Assembly (NCBI GenBank): GCA_036677065.1
Contig: JAKFBS010000003.1
Coordinates: 192,001 to 256,000 of the forward strand
Source: Bdellovibrio sp.
GTDB lineage: Bacteria > Bdellovibrionota > Bdellovibrionia > Bdellovibrionales > Bdellovibrionaceae
Direction: 5' to 3'
Length of the DNA: 64,000 bases
Positions 19,355-29,247 of this stretch are shown piece by piece (within the stretch, counting starts at the first letter, position 1; every line of letters begins with the position of its first letter). Below the pieces are notes generated by a model. It did no database searches, was not told the origin of the DNA, and saw only the letters and a program-made list of their open reading frames with translations. A program made the position numbers and the translations under genes.

Positions 19355-20377
19355 TTATAGTTTAGCGGATCCCGGGTGGATTAAGGAAGCCCTTTGCGAA
19401 ACGATTTTGGTGTAAAGTCTAGCTAGCTCATTCAGTTTTACATCTAAAGAGCTTTTAAAATCGAAGCTAAGTTTAGCTGGACTTTTTTGTTCGACAATTT
19501 GTTTTGAAATAAACTGATCGATAGCATGAAGTTGTATAGCGCTCGAGACACGCGGTGAATAGATAAAACAATTTTTTTCAGTTTTCCAGAAATTCGCAAA
19601 GCCTGTGCCTTGATCTTCATGCAAAATTAAAAAGTTATTATAAATTAAAGCTGATTCTATCCAGAAAGCGACTTGTTCGCTGGATAAATCTAAATGATGA
19701 ATAAATGTGTATGAAGAATTTTCATCTAAGACTTCATTTAATGTTGTCAGTTCAGTGAATAGTTTAAAATTGCTAAACTGGGGATTTTTTTTAACAAAAG
19801 CTGACCAGTTTTTTCTTAAAGTAGAACTTTGGCCGCCTTCTTTTTTTGAACGCAATAAGTGCGCATCAACATAAAGCCCCTGCTGTTCTTTTAACGAAGG
19901 TAGTGCCTGAAAATTAATTTTTAACAGATCATCAAAACTTTTTAATACCGGAAAAATAAATTGCGGCGCTTCATTTGAAAAATCTTTTTTTGGCACAAGA
20001 TTGTTGGCCGGAAACGAAGGTAAAATTAACTTTTGCCCACGGTAAAAACGCATTTTTTTAAGTTCAGAAATATAGGGTAAAGTGATTGCATCAAAAAAAT
20101 TAAATTCAAAATCCTGTAATAATCCCGGTTCTAAACGACAGTAAGTAGTAAGTAGTGTCGCGGCACCTAGTGCTTTGGCCGACCAAGCCGACAAGACAGT
20201 TTTTAAATTAATGTTTGGATCGTTATGAATAAAATGAATTAAATCATATTTATTTAAAACTAAACGTAAGGGGTGAACACTATCTGTGATTTCAATATGA
20301 AGGCTCATTTTTTCTAGCTCTGAAGCCAGAAATTGCACCTGATCGTTTATTTGCGGACAAACGATCAAGACTTTCAT
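19355..20377 (-). CDS. Hypothetical protein (possibly degenerate glycosyltransferase fold)
   Basis: 340-aa ORF tightly coupled between mutT and the GT4 gene; MKVLIV and YDLIHF resemble a GT4 N-terminus. Confidence 0.6.
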   Translation of the reverse strand: MKVLIVCPQINDQVQFLASELEKMSLHIEITDSVHPLRLVLNKYDLIHFIHNDPNINLKTVLSAWSAKALGAATLLTTYCRLEPGLLQDFEFNFFDAITLPYISELKKMRFYRGQKLILPSFPANNLVPKKDFSNEAPQFIFPVLKSFDDLLKINFQALPSLKEQQGLYVDAHLLRSKKEGGQSSTLRKNWSAFVKKNPQFSNFKLFTELTTLNEVLDENSSYTFIHHLDLSSEQVAFWIESALIYNNFLILHEDQGTGFANFWKTEKNCFIYSPRVSSAIQLHAIDQFISKQIVEQKSPAKLSFDFKSSLDVKLNELARLYTKIVSQRASLIHPGSAKL

Positions 20378-20886
20378 AGATTAAATGCCTTAAAAATGCG
20401 GGGTAAGTTTTTACGATTCGCTTCGGGAATATTGCGATTCGTAAGCTCGGCGGGCACAACCCAGTCTAAGCCGGTATGATGTTGGGCTTTAGGTTCGCCT
20501 TTCCAGAATAAAACTTCATAAAATAGAATAAGAATACCCACATCGCCGTAAGAATGAGTGCAGGCAATTTTTAGATCGCCGATTTCAGCTTCGATACCTA
20601 ATTCTTCACGTAATTCACGTTGTAAAGCGTACTCAGGAGATTCGCCCATTTCGATTTTTCCGCCAGGAAATTCCCATAAACCACCCAAGGTGTGGGTCTC
20701 AGGGCGTTGACCAACAAGAATCATATTATTTTTTTTAATGATACCCGCAACTACAGGAATCCAGTTCTTTTTTGAGCGCGTGGTTTTCTTGCCGTTAACG
20801 GGTAGTGTGGCCGGATTTGAATTCTGAGCCCGATTGTTGGAGTTTGGCAAGTTTGTGGACCTTTCTAAAAAAACCTGGGCCTTCAA
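20374..20886 (-). CDS. mutT: MutT-like Nudix hydrolase (start uncertain, possibly TTG 20850)
   Basis: Nudix box WEFPGGKIEMGESPEYALQRELREELG. Confidence 0.85.
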   Translation of the reverse strand: MKAQVFLERSTNLPNSNNRAQNSNPATLPVNGKKTTRSKKNWIPVVAGIIKKNNMILVGQRPETHTLGGLWEFPGGKIEMGESPEYALQRELREELGIEAEIGDLKIACTHSYGDVGILILFYEVLFWKGEPKAQHHTGLDWVVPAELTNRNIPEANRKNLPRIFKAFNL

Positions 20887-21829
20887 AAACTAAGGTCGAA
20901 TAAACCTGAACTAAGTCTGCCCCGAGGTTTATTCTTTCAAAAACATCGTCTGCTGTCATCACTCCACCGACAGAAATCAGACATTTTTTCTCATTTTGTT
21001 TAAGAATAATGTTTTTCGCCTGCATTAACGCTTGAATTGATTTTTCTTTAAGCGGTTTGCCAGAAACGCCACCCTCTACAGGGAAATTTGGGGTGTGGGT
21101 GCGATCTAAAGTAGTATTTGTTAAAATAAATCCGTCAAAACCATGATCCATTGAGCCTTTAAGAACGTTTTCTTGGCCTTCGCTATCTAAATCAGGGCTT
21201 AATTTTAAGAATAAAGGCGTAGATAGCTTTAATTCGTCATAGTGTTTGCGAATGGGTGCGATAAACGCATTAAAGTTTTCGATTGATGCTAAATCACGTA
21301 GCCCCTTGGTGTTCGGACTTGAAATATTAACCACGAACGCATCGGCCACATCAGCAAAATGGGTGATCAGCTGCGAATAGTCTTTGTGAGCATCAGCATT
21401 ATCAGTCACGCGGTTTTTGCCGATATTCACAAACACCGGAGTGGATGCATGTGATTTGAATTTTTTAATATTAAAATAAACTTCGGATGCGCCTTCAGAC
21501 GGAAAACCCATTTTATTCCACACCGCTTCAGCCTTAATATCGCGATTCATAATCACACCAGGATTTGGGCTTTGTGGTTGCGGTGTCACCGTGCCGACTT
21601 CAATAAAGCCGCAACCGACACGGCGCCAAGCTTCAAGATGGTCAGCATTTTTATCAACGCCACCAGCGATACCTAATCTATTTTTGAAGATGATATTTTT
21701 AAAAGAAAAAGGGTTCCAAACCGGTGTGATATCAGAACCCTTTAAAAGAGAATATAATTCTAAACCGTAGGGGCTTAGATCGTGCGCTAACTTTGACGGT
21801 AAAAAAAGCCAAGGTTTGCGTAAGCTCAT
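20795..21829 (-). CDS. pyrD: Quinone-dependent dihydroorotate dehydrogenase
   Basis: GIAGGVDKN, GTVTP, NISSPNT, LKLSPD, TNTT, GGVSGKP. Confidence 0.95.
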   Translation of the reverse strand: MSLRKPWLFLPSKLAHDLSPYGLELYSLLKGSDITPVWNPFSFKNIIFKNRLGIAGGVDKNADHLEAWRRVGCGFIEVGTVTPQPQSPNPGVIMNRDIKAEAVWNKMGFPSEGASEVYFNIKKFKSHASTPVFVNIGKNRVTDNADAHKDYSQLITHFADVADAFVVNISSPNTKGLRDLASIENFNAFIAPIRKHYDELKLSTPLFLKLSPDLDSEGQENVLKGSMDHGFDGFILTNTTLDRTHTPNFPVEGGVSGKPLKEKSIQALMQAKNIILKQNEKKCLISVGGVMTADDVFERINLGADLVQVYSTLVFEGPGFFRKVHKLAKLQQSGSEFKSGHTTR

Positions 21830-21831
21830 TA

Positions 21832-23124
21832 TTAGCGAGGATACAATCCGCGAAGTAACATCGCTCTTTCTAAACGTTGAATTGAAACAGCTAAAGCCGC
21901 TGAACGCATATCAACTTTTTTCTCTTCTTTGAATTTGTTTACGTTATCGAAAGCTTTAAGGATAACACCTTTAAGTTTTGCATCAACGTCATGTTCATCC
22001 CAGAAGAATGACATAATATCTTGAACCCATTCAAAGTAAGAAACGATAACGCCACCGCCGTTGGCGATAACATCAGGAACTAAGTGAATGCCACGTTGAT
22101 CTAAAATTTTCGTCGCAGCAGATGTCACAGGACCATTTGCGCCTTCGATAATGAATTTAGCTTTGATTTTTTCTGCGTTGTGAACGTCAATTTGACCTTC
22201 TAAAGCACATGGTAATAAAGCATCGCACTCAAGTTCTAACAATTCTGCATTCGAAATTTTGTGAGCTTTTGTGTAACCTTGTAATGATTTATTTTCTTTT
22301 ACGTAATCCATCATCTCTTGAACGTTTAAGCCGTCACCATTGAAGTAACCACCAGAAACATCAGATACTGCGATGATACGAGAACCGCGGTCATGAGCAA
22401 ATTTAGCAGCGAAAGAGCCTACGTTACCAAAACCTTGGATAACGATTTTAGCTCCGTTCATTGATTTGCCTTTCATTTCCATGGCGCGTTCACAAACGTA
22501 AATCACACCTAAGCCAGTTGCATGGTTACGACCTAAAGATCCACCGATTTCAACAGGTTTACCAGTGACAACACCAGGTTGTGCATAGCCACCTTGTTCT
22601 TGCGAATAAGTGTCCATGAACCAAGCCATAGTTTGTGGATCAGTACCCACATCCGGAGCTGGAATATCTTTTGTCGGTCCAACGAAAGGAGCGATTTCAG
22701 ATGTATAACGACGAGTTAAGTTTTGTTTTTCAGTGCGCGATAATCTAGTTGGATCGACACAAATACCACCTTTAGCTCCACCTAATGGCAAACCTAAAAC
22801 TGAATTTTTGAAAGTCATTAATGCAGCTAATCCTACAACTTCTGCAAGATCTACGTTTTGGTGATAACGAATTCCACCTTTGTAGGGGCCAAGTGTTGAG
22901 TTGTATTGAACGCGGTAACCCGTAAAACATTTTACTGAGCCATCATCCATGCGAGTTGGAATTGAAACCGTTACACAACGACGAGGTTGTTGTAAACGTT
23001 CTAAAATATTTGGATCGCAGTTAATTAATTTCGCAGCTTCTTTAATTGTATTTAAAGCATTTTGAAATAAAGGGCCTTGTAAGTGTGATTCTGCGTGCGG
23101 ATTTAAATTGTCTTGAGCTGCCAT
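21832..23124 (-). CDS. gdhA: Glu/Leu/Phe/Val dehydrogenase (glutamate dehydrogenase)
   Basis: GPYKGGIRY, GGAKGG, DIPAPDVGT, IQGFGNVG, EGANGP. Confidence 0.93.
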   Translation of the reverse strand: MAAQDNLNPHAESHLQGPLFQNALNTIKEAAKLINCDPNILERLQQPRRCVTVSIPTRMDDGSVKCFTGYRVQYNSTLGPYKGGIRYHQNVDLAEVVGLAALMTFKNSVLGLPLGGAKGGICVDPTRLSRTEKQNLTRRYTSEIAPFVGPTKDIPAPDVGTDPQTMAWFMDTYSQEQGGYAQPGVVTGKPVEIGGSLGRNHATGLGVIYVCERAMEMKGKSMNGAKIVIQGFGNVGSFAAKFAHDRGSRIIAVSDVSGGYFNGDGLNVQEMMDYVKENKSLQGYTKAHKISNAELLELECDALLPCALEGQIDVHNAEKIKAKFIIEGANGPVTSAATKILDQRGIHLVPDVIANGGGVIVSYFEWVQDIMSFFWDEHDVDAKLKGVILKAFDNVNKFKEEKKVDMRSAALAVSIQRLERAMLLRGLYPR

Positions 23125-23175
23125 GAGCTATCTCCTTAAGTGACTTTTGAATGAGAGTATTGTAGAAAAACCTCT

Positions 23176-24507
23176 ATGAACTGTCGAGCTAAAACTCTAA
23201 TTGTGACTCTGATGCGTCTAACTGTTGTGGTTATGATTATAGCTGTTAGTCCAGCCTTCGCAGGCTATTCGGTGATCAATGATACACCGAAATTGTCGAT
23301 TTACCCCGAGTGGATTTACTCAAGAATGATGGCCACGCAAGGGTGGAAACCCTCTCTAGATGTTTCTAGCGAATGTAAGCTTAGTTTTTCATCACCAGAG
23401 CTAGTGCCAGCAAAGTGTGAAGCGCATTACAAGTTGTCGTATTGGGAGACTTTTTTAAGCAAACTTTACGTTGCCTTTGATTTCACCGATCAAACAAAGT
23501 TTCAGCGTATTCAGTTCGAACCACAGGCAGGTTTGAAAATTCGAGGTCTTTTGGGCTTGCAGGCTGAAAACGGCGTCGTTCAGAAGAAACCATTAATTAT
23601 CGTGCGCATGGGCATCTATGGCAATGTCGACGAGGTTTTAGCCGAAAGATTTTTAGCCCGCATAGCTTATCAGGATTTAGGTTATCACTTGCTGATCATC
23701 GAAAGTTTAACCAGTCATGGCTATCTAACTTTAAATGATGAATACAGTATTGGCGGCATCGAAGAAGGCCTGCATACATTTTATATTTTAAATTTAATCA
23801 CACATCACAAAATTTCTTGGGCTAAAGATGTTTCTGATATTTATCTGATGGGTTTAAGTCTTTCAGGGCCGGGCGCATTTGTTACGAACTACTTAGACGA
23901 ACACTCAAAGATTAACGGAAAAAATAAAAAAGCTGATTTAAAAGCGATCGAATTATTTTGTCCATTGGTGAATTTTGATGAAACTTATAAAGAGCATTCA
24001 AAACCCGGATTGTTTTCAGCGTCGGCCGATGTTTGGAATCGCGTAAGACTTCAGGCTTTACGCCTGCGTGATAAAAAATTAGAAGATATTCCGTGGTGGA
24101 AGACGATTTTTGATTTAACCCCCCGGTTTATGCCGCAAGCCTTAGGTGATTTAAATGTTAAACGGGGAAAACCAGTTTTTAAATTAGAAAATTTCAAAGA
24201 ATTTCCCGATTTAAAATTACCGCAAGAATTTGTAGACCACATTGCTCAAAGTAAGACGCTATTTGAATTAAATCAGTTTTGGAATTTTTATAAAAACGAA
24301 CAAACACCGATTCACATTTTTGTAACACCGAATGATCCGCTGGTGATGTCGACGTTAAATAGTGATTTGATCCGTAATAAAAAACAACCCGGTGTATTTA
24401 ACAAAGTGCGATTCACGGATTTAAAGGGAATGCATTGTGCGCTGGCCGCAGAGTACCAGTGGCCATTTCTGGTTGAACTGGTTCGTCGTGGTTTTGAAAT
24501 AAAATAA
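23176..24507 (+). CDS. Exported alpha/beta-hydrolase-like protein
   Basis: Signal peptide; nucleophile-elbow-like GLSLSG, NDPLV and GMHC suggest a Ser-Asp-His triad. Confidence 0.6.
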   Translation: MNCRAKTLIVTLMRLTVVVMIIAVSPAFAGYSVINDTPKLSIYPEWIYSRMMATQGWKPSLDVSSECKLSFSSPELVPAKCEAHYKLSYWETFLSKLYVAFDFTDQTKFQRIQFEPQAGLKIRGLLGLQAENGVVQKKPLIIVRMGIYGNVDEVLAERFLARIAYQDLGYHLLIIESLTSHGYLTLNDEYSIGGIEEGLHTFYILNLITHHKISWAKDVSDIYLMGLSLSGPGAFVTNYLDEHSKINGKNKKADLKAIELFCPLVNFDETYKEHSKPGLFSASADVWNRVRLQALRLRDKKLEDIPWWKTIFDLTPRFMPQALGDLNVKRGKPVFKLENFKEFPDLKLPQEFVDHIAQSKTLFELNQFWNFYKNEQTPIHIFVTPNDPLVMSTLNSDLIRNKKQPGVFNKVRFTDLKGMHCALAAEYQWPFLVELVRRGFEIK

Positions 24508-24509
24508 AA

Positions 24510-25301
24510 CTACTTAGCCATTTCAATCAAAAGATTAGTGACAGCTTCTTGTTGTTGGGTAGCTTTGCTTTTTACAATACTGCGAAATGACAAATCCGGG
24601 CCACGGGCATACATCAAGTTATAAAAACTGACTTCGCCGCTTGGTAATTGTGTCAGAACATTGATCGTTTCTTTAAAATAAATCGGTGCTGATGGGTCAG
24701 AGATATTTTCTTCGTTAAACGAATGAATGATATATTGGTTTTTGGTGCGTAAAACATTCTTGGTTAAACAGTAACGTGAAGTGCCTAAGCCAAAAATCGA
24801 AGTTTCAACGCAAGCCCGGTTGTCTTTTTGATTTACAGAAATATTTTTTAAGCCGTTAATGGCTTTTCTTTGAAATGCTTCTGACATCAGAGTTTCAAAA
24901 ACTTTATCTAGATTTAATTTTCCTAAACAGGCATATGACTGAACTTTTAAAAAGCTGTCTTCAAATTCATTTTTACTCGAAAAATTGTACTGATTGGTCA
25001 GCCTTTCAGGAAAACTAACTTCGGTCGACGAATGACAAGCTGGCATATTTAGTTTTAATGAGACTGCAGATTTGGTTTCGCCAACCATTAATTTATGTAA
25101 TGCCAGAACAAAATTTTCTACATACCCGAACGCATTGTTTGAAGGGTCATTCTCAATAAAATATTTATTCATTTCACTATAAACCGAGGGTTTAGCTTTT
25201 TGTTGTAATAGCCAGTTTTCGTTGGCGTTGGTTTGCACTTGCCAAGCCTGAGCTGAAGCCGTTGTTGATAGAATTAATAATGGAAGTAAATATTTTTTCA
25301 T
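24510..25301 (-). CDS. Secreted hypothetical protein (paralog of adjacent gene)
   Basis: Signal peptide ending AQA-W; extensive similarity to the neighbouring gene. Confidence 0.7.
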   Translation of the reverse strand: MKKYLLPLLILSTTASAQAWQVQTNANENWLLQQKAKPSVYSEMNKYFIENDPSNNAFGYVENFVLALHKLMVGETKSAVSLKLNMPACHSSTEVSFPERLTNQYNFSSKNEFEDSFLKVQSYACLGKLNLDKVFETLMSEAFQRKAINGLKNISVNQKDNRACVETSIFGLGTSRYCLTKNVLRTKNQYIIHSFNEENISDPSAPIYFKETINVLTQLPSGEVSFYNLMYARGPDLSFRSIVKSKATQQQEAVTNLLIEMAK

Positions 25302-25310
25302 TTTTAGACC

Positions 25311-26102
25311 TTACTTTGAATTTTCTATTAATTTTTGAATAAAAAGTTCTTGTTTTGTTGCAATCATACTTTTAACAACGCTATGAAATGGCAAATCAGG
25401 GCCGCGGGCATAGGCTAAGTTGTAAATACTGATTTCGCCAGTTGGAAGCTGTGAAATAACGGTGATGGCTTCGCGGTAATAGGCCGGCGCTGACGGGTTT
25501 TGTATATTCTGTTCGTTATAAGAATGAATTAAGTATTGCTTGCCTGTCGCTAGCACATTCTGCGTAAAGCAAAAATTTGTTGTCCCAAACGGAAAAATCG
25601 AGACGACTTGGCAGACTTGGTTAGTTTGTTGGTTGGTTTTGATCTGTTTTAACCCATCGACAGCTTCTTTTTGAAATTTTTCAGACATTAAGGTGGCAAA
25701 GACTTTGTCTAAATTTAATTTTCCTAAGCAATCATAAGATTGAATTTTTAGAATTTCTTTTTCAAAATCACGCTTGCTTTGAAAATCAAATTCTTTTGTC
25801 AGGATTCCAGGATACGATATATTCGTTTCAGCTGAGCAGGTGAGCTTATTGAGTTTTTTTGTTAATGATATTTCAGCTTCATTAACTATCTGAGTATGCA
25901 TAAAAGGAATAAAACTTTTTACATAAGGCATTGCGTGGCTTTTAGGATCAGTTTCTAAAAAGTATTTGTTCATTTCTTCGTAAACCGAAGGCACGGCCTT
26001 TTGCTTAGCCAGCCACTGCTTGCTATCGCCGCTTTGAATGATCCAGGCCTGTGCAGTGACAGCAAAGGTGATTAGAAATATAGAAATAAGCTTAATAGGC
26101 AT
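25311..26102 (-). CDS. Secreted hypothetical protein (paralog); start probably ATG 26102
   Basis: MPIKLISIFLITFAVTAQA-W signal peptide; shares PSVYxEMNKYF, CLGKLNLDKVF and YARGPDL with its neighbour. Confidence 0.7.
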   Translation of the reverse strand: MPIKLISIFLITFAVTAQAWIIQSGDSKQWLAKQKAVPSVYEEMNKYFLETDPKSHAMPYVKSFIPFMHTQIVNEAEISLTKKLNKLTCSAETNISYPGILTKEFDFQSKRDFEKEILKIQSYDCLGKLNLDKVFATLMSEKFQKEAVDGLKQIKTNQQTNQVCQVVSIFPFGTTNFCFTQNVLATGKQYLIHSYNEQNIQNPSAPAYYREAITVISQLPTGEISIYNLAYARGPDLPFHSVVKSMIATKQELFIQKLIENSK

Positions 26103-26257
26103 CGCATTCCTATCAGCCAGAATTATGCCGCTATACAGTGAACCTATTGCTTCGCAGTGTTTCATTCTGAGACAAATGCCCCAAGTTTACGAATATTGTT
26201 AGTCGGTCGTGCGCATTAGACATTTACCAAACCTGAAAAGTTCAGTTAGCTGGGGTT

Positions 26258-27298
26258 ATGAAATTACTTTTTATTTTAATATTGACCGCTTTTTCACAGA
26301 CAAAAACTTATACCATCGAGGGTGATAAATTCACTCTCGAAACACTTTGCACAACCAATGATGTGATTTGGGGATTTGATTTTTTATCGCCAAGTGCGGA
26401 TGAAATTATATTCACCGAACGTGGTGGCAAACTTTCAATTTGTGATACGAAAACTAAAACTACGAAACCCGTTGTTGGCGCTCCTGCGGTAGTGGCCAAA
26501 GATCAGGGTGGCTTATTAGATGTCATGATTCATCCGAAAACTAAAAAAATCTACATCACGTTTTCAGAAAAAACTGACGAAGGTGCCACGACAAGTCTAT
26601 TTCGCGCAGATCTTGCGCCCGATAAGACGAAATTACAAAATGGCTCGGTAATTTTTAAATCTAACGCGGATGCAGACACGGGCATGCATTTTGGTTCACG
26701 TGTAGTTGCTGATAAAAATGATTATCTCTTTATGAGTATTGGTGAACGTAACATTCGTAATAAAGCCCAAGATCAAAAATTACATCACGGTAAAATCCTG
26801 CGCTTAACGCTAGACGGTAAAGCCGAGATTTGGACATCAGGGCATCGCAATCCCCAAGGTTTAGCTTTTGATGCGAACGAAAGATTATTTGCTGCCGAGA
26901 TGGGCCCGCGCGGAGGGGATGAAGTAAATCTAATCACGAAAGGGCTTAATTACGGTTGGCCGATTATTACTCACGGCAAAGAGTACTGGGGGCCGCCGAT
27001 CGGCAAAAAAGAAAAAGCTGGCCTAGAGCAACCTTTGATTAAGTGGGTGCCATCAATTAGCCCATCAGGTTTAACTTTTTATACAGGAGCACGCTTAAAG
27101 AAATTTAAAGATAATATTTTTCTAGCCAACTTAAGTGGCCAGCACGTACGCCGAGTGGTGTTGGATAAAGATAAAGTCGTTAAAGAAGAAGAATTATTTG
27201 CAGATTTAAAAGAGCGTTTTCGCCAAGCTAAAGAAGGCCCTGATGGCGCCCTGTATTTTTCAACTGATAATGGAAAGTTGTATAAGTTATCGCAATGA
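26258..27298 (+). CDS. PQQ-dependent aldose sugar dehydrogenase (YliI/GSDH family)
   Basis: QGGLLDV, HFGSR, GHRNPQG, GPRGGDEVN, NYGWP, SISPSG. Confidence 0.92.
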   Translation: MKLLFILILTAFSQTKTYTIEGDKFTLETLCTTNDVIWGFDFLSPSADEIIFTERGGKLSICDTKTKTTKPVVGAPAVVAKDQGGLLDVMIHPKTKKIYITFSEKTDEGATTSLFRADLAPDKTKLQNGSVIFKSNADADTGMHFGSRVVADKNDYLFMSIGERNIRNKAQDQKLHHGKILRLTLDGKAEIWTSGHRNPQGLAFDANERLFAAEMGPRGGDEVNLITKGLNYGWPIITHGKEYWGPPIGKKEKAGLEQPLIKWVPSISPSGLTFYTGARLKKFKDNIFLANLSGQHVRRVVLDKDKVVKEEELFADLKERFRQAKEGPDGALYFSTDNGKLYKLSQ

Positions 27299-27372
27299 TG
27301 GTTCAAAATTTGCTCTGTATTTGGGTTTACAGTTTTTTAAGTTTAAAGGGTAAACCCAAATACAGAGTGAGT

Positions 27373-28239
27373 TTAAGCCCCAGTTGTTTGCGATTTCCAG
27401 AACTTAGATTTTTCACCCAGTTCGCGAACATAACCTGCGACATCGTCTTGCAGGTTTTGTGGAAGTTCTTTGAACGCTTTAATGTGTTCATTTGGTACAA
27501 ATCTAAAAGTAAAATTAATTCGACGAGTTTCAAAATCAGTGGTCTTCATTCCTGAAAATAAAATTCCTTTTTCTTCGACCCGTTGAACGCGGTGAAAAAG
27601 TTGTTTTTTAAATTTATCGCCACCAAAAATCTGTAAACTAGAATCTTCTAGCCACTGTTGCAAAATCACCTGAGACTTTTGGGATTTGCTTTCGCTTTTA
27701 ATAAATTGAAATAGGGCTTTTTCGCCAAACGAAATTGAAGCCACCGGGCCTGGTTCAAAATCTTTGTGTTCGCCCACGCGCGCAGTATCTAAAATTTTTC
27801 CGTCAGGTAAAATTTTATTGCCGTAATAATTGATTAAACATGTATTCAAATGCCAGCCACGCGGAATATCTCTGTCGCTGAATTTTTCGTGAACCATTTG
27901 TTCAATTTTTTTAACGATTTTTTCTAACACCGGCGGGTAGTTTTCAGCTTCGACGCAGCGATTTTGAATCCCTTTGGGAGGATGATAATAATCTAAACAA
28001 GCAAACTGCCAGTTACCTAACCAATAAACAGGGCGAAGTAATGGGCGATTCGGTTCACCTTCTGGAGGAGGATTACTGGCAGAGAAGCGATTTTCCCAGA
28101 TAGGATATAGGCTCTCTAAGTACTTGATGATGTCTTTTTTCTCGTTAGCAGTGATATAGCTCGGCTCGTAAATCAGATTGAGGTTCTGCTGAAATTGTGG
28201 TTTTCTGGAAGCCTTATGCATACAAATTCTATTATACAT
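27373..28239 (-). CDS. AlkB-like 2OG-Fe(II) dioxygenase (start may be ATG 28221)
   Basis: LNTCLINYY, HKD (HxD), ASISFG, HRV, RRINFTFR. Confidence 0.88.
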   Translation of the reverse strand: MYNRICMHKASRKPQFQQNLNLIYEPSYITANEKKDIIKYLESLYPIWENRFSASNPPPEGEPNRPLLRPVYWLGNWQFACLDYYHPPKGIQNRCVEAENYPPVLEKIVKKIEQMVHEKFSDRDIPRGWHLNTCLINYYGNKILPDGKILDTARVGEHKDFEPGPVASISFGEKALFQFIKSESKSQKSQVILQQWLEDSSLQIFGGDKFKKQLFHRVQRVEEKGILFSGMKTTDFETRRINFTFRFVPNEHIKAFKELPQNLQDDVAGYVRELGEKSKFWKSQTTGA

Positions 28240-29247
28240 TTCAACGTCGACGGTACAGTTAAAAAGAATATCCTAGAAAAGATTTCTGCTTTTTCGAGCA
28301 AAAAGATTCTTTTAATCGGCGATGTGGGTGTAGATGAGTATATTTTAGGGGCAGTTAAACGCATTAGCCCTGAAGCCCCAGTACCTGTTTTAGAGGTCGA
28401 CGGCGAAGATAAACGTTTAGGGTTGGCAGCGAATGTGGCCCAAAATGTGGTAAGTCTTTCTGGAAATGTAAACTTAGTATCGGTTGTTGGTGCGGATACA
28501 GGTGCTGAGATTTTAAAAGAGTTATTAACTAAATCAAAAGTTTCATCAGAGCATTTAATCGTTGATGAAAAACGCCCAACCACACGCAAAACTCGCGTGA
28601 TGACAGGCCACCATCATTTAGTGCGTGTGGATTACGAAGTTCGTAGAAATTTACCCGCAGAAACTGAAAGCAAAATTTTACAACGTGTTCAGGATTTAAT
28701 TCCATCAATGGATGTTGTGGTTTTAGAAGATTACGCAAAAGGAATTTTTTCTGTCGGTTTAGTTGAAAAGATTATCGCTTTAGCTAAAAAATCTGGAAAA
28801 TACTTAATGGTAGATCCACACCAAACAAAATTCGCTGAATTTTACAAAGGTGTTGATCTCATTAAACCAAATTACAATGAAGCATTGGCTTTAACTAAGA
28901 TTCACGAAGAAGACATCGAAAATTTTAATGAGCGTGTTTACACTGTAGGCCGCGCTCTACAAAAAATGACGGGCGCTCGTGATGTCGTGTTAACTCAAGG
29001 TAAAGAAGGCATGTCGATTTTTACAAGCGATAAAGATGTCGTGCAAGTGCCAACGTTTGCTAAAAAAGTATTTGATGTAACAGGTGCGGGCGATACCGTT
29101 ATTGCGGCATTAGCATTAGGTGTAGCTTCTGGTTTACCGTTAGCCCAAGCCTGCGTATTAGCGAATTACGCCGCAGGCATTGTGGTTGGTAAAATCGGGT
29201 GTGTGCCTTGTGACTTAAGCGAACTTAAAGCCACAATTCAGGCTTAG
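28216..29247 (+). CDS. D-glycero-beta-D-manno-heptose-7-phosphate kinase (RfaE domain I / HldA); start approximate
   Basis: IGDVGVDEY, RISPEAPVPV, AANVAQN, DYAKG, DVTGAGDT; no adenylyltransferase domain. Confidence 0.92.
   Translation: MHTNSIIHFNVDGTVKKNILEKISAFSSKKILLIGDVGVDEYILGAVKRISPEAPVPVLEVDGEDKRLGLAANVAQNVVSLSGNVNLVSVVGADTGAEILKELLTKSKVSSEHLIVDEKRPTTRKTRVMTGHHHLVRVDYEVRRNLPAETESKILQRVQDLIPSMDVVVLEDYAKGIFSVGLVEKIIALAKKSGKYLMVDPHQTKFAEFYKGVDLIKPNYNEALALTKIHEEDIENFNERVYTVGRALQKMTGARDVVLTQGKEGMSIFTSDKDVVQVPTFAKKVFDVTGAGDTVIAALALGVASGLPLAQACVLANYAAGIVVGKIGCVPCDLSELKATIQA

Noticed and set aside
27295..27555. Small ORFs at the dehydrogenase/AlkB junction
   Set aside because: They overlap the AlkB-like gene and have no recognisable features.
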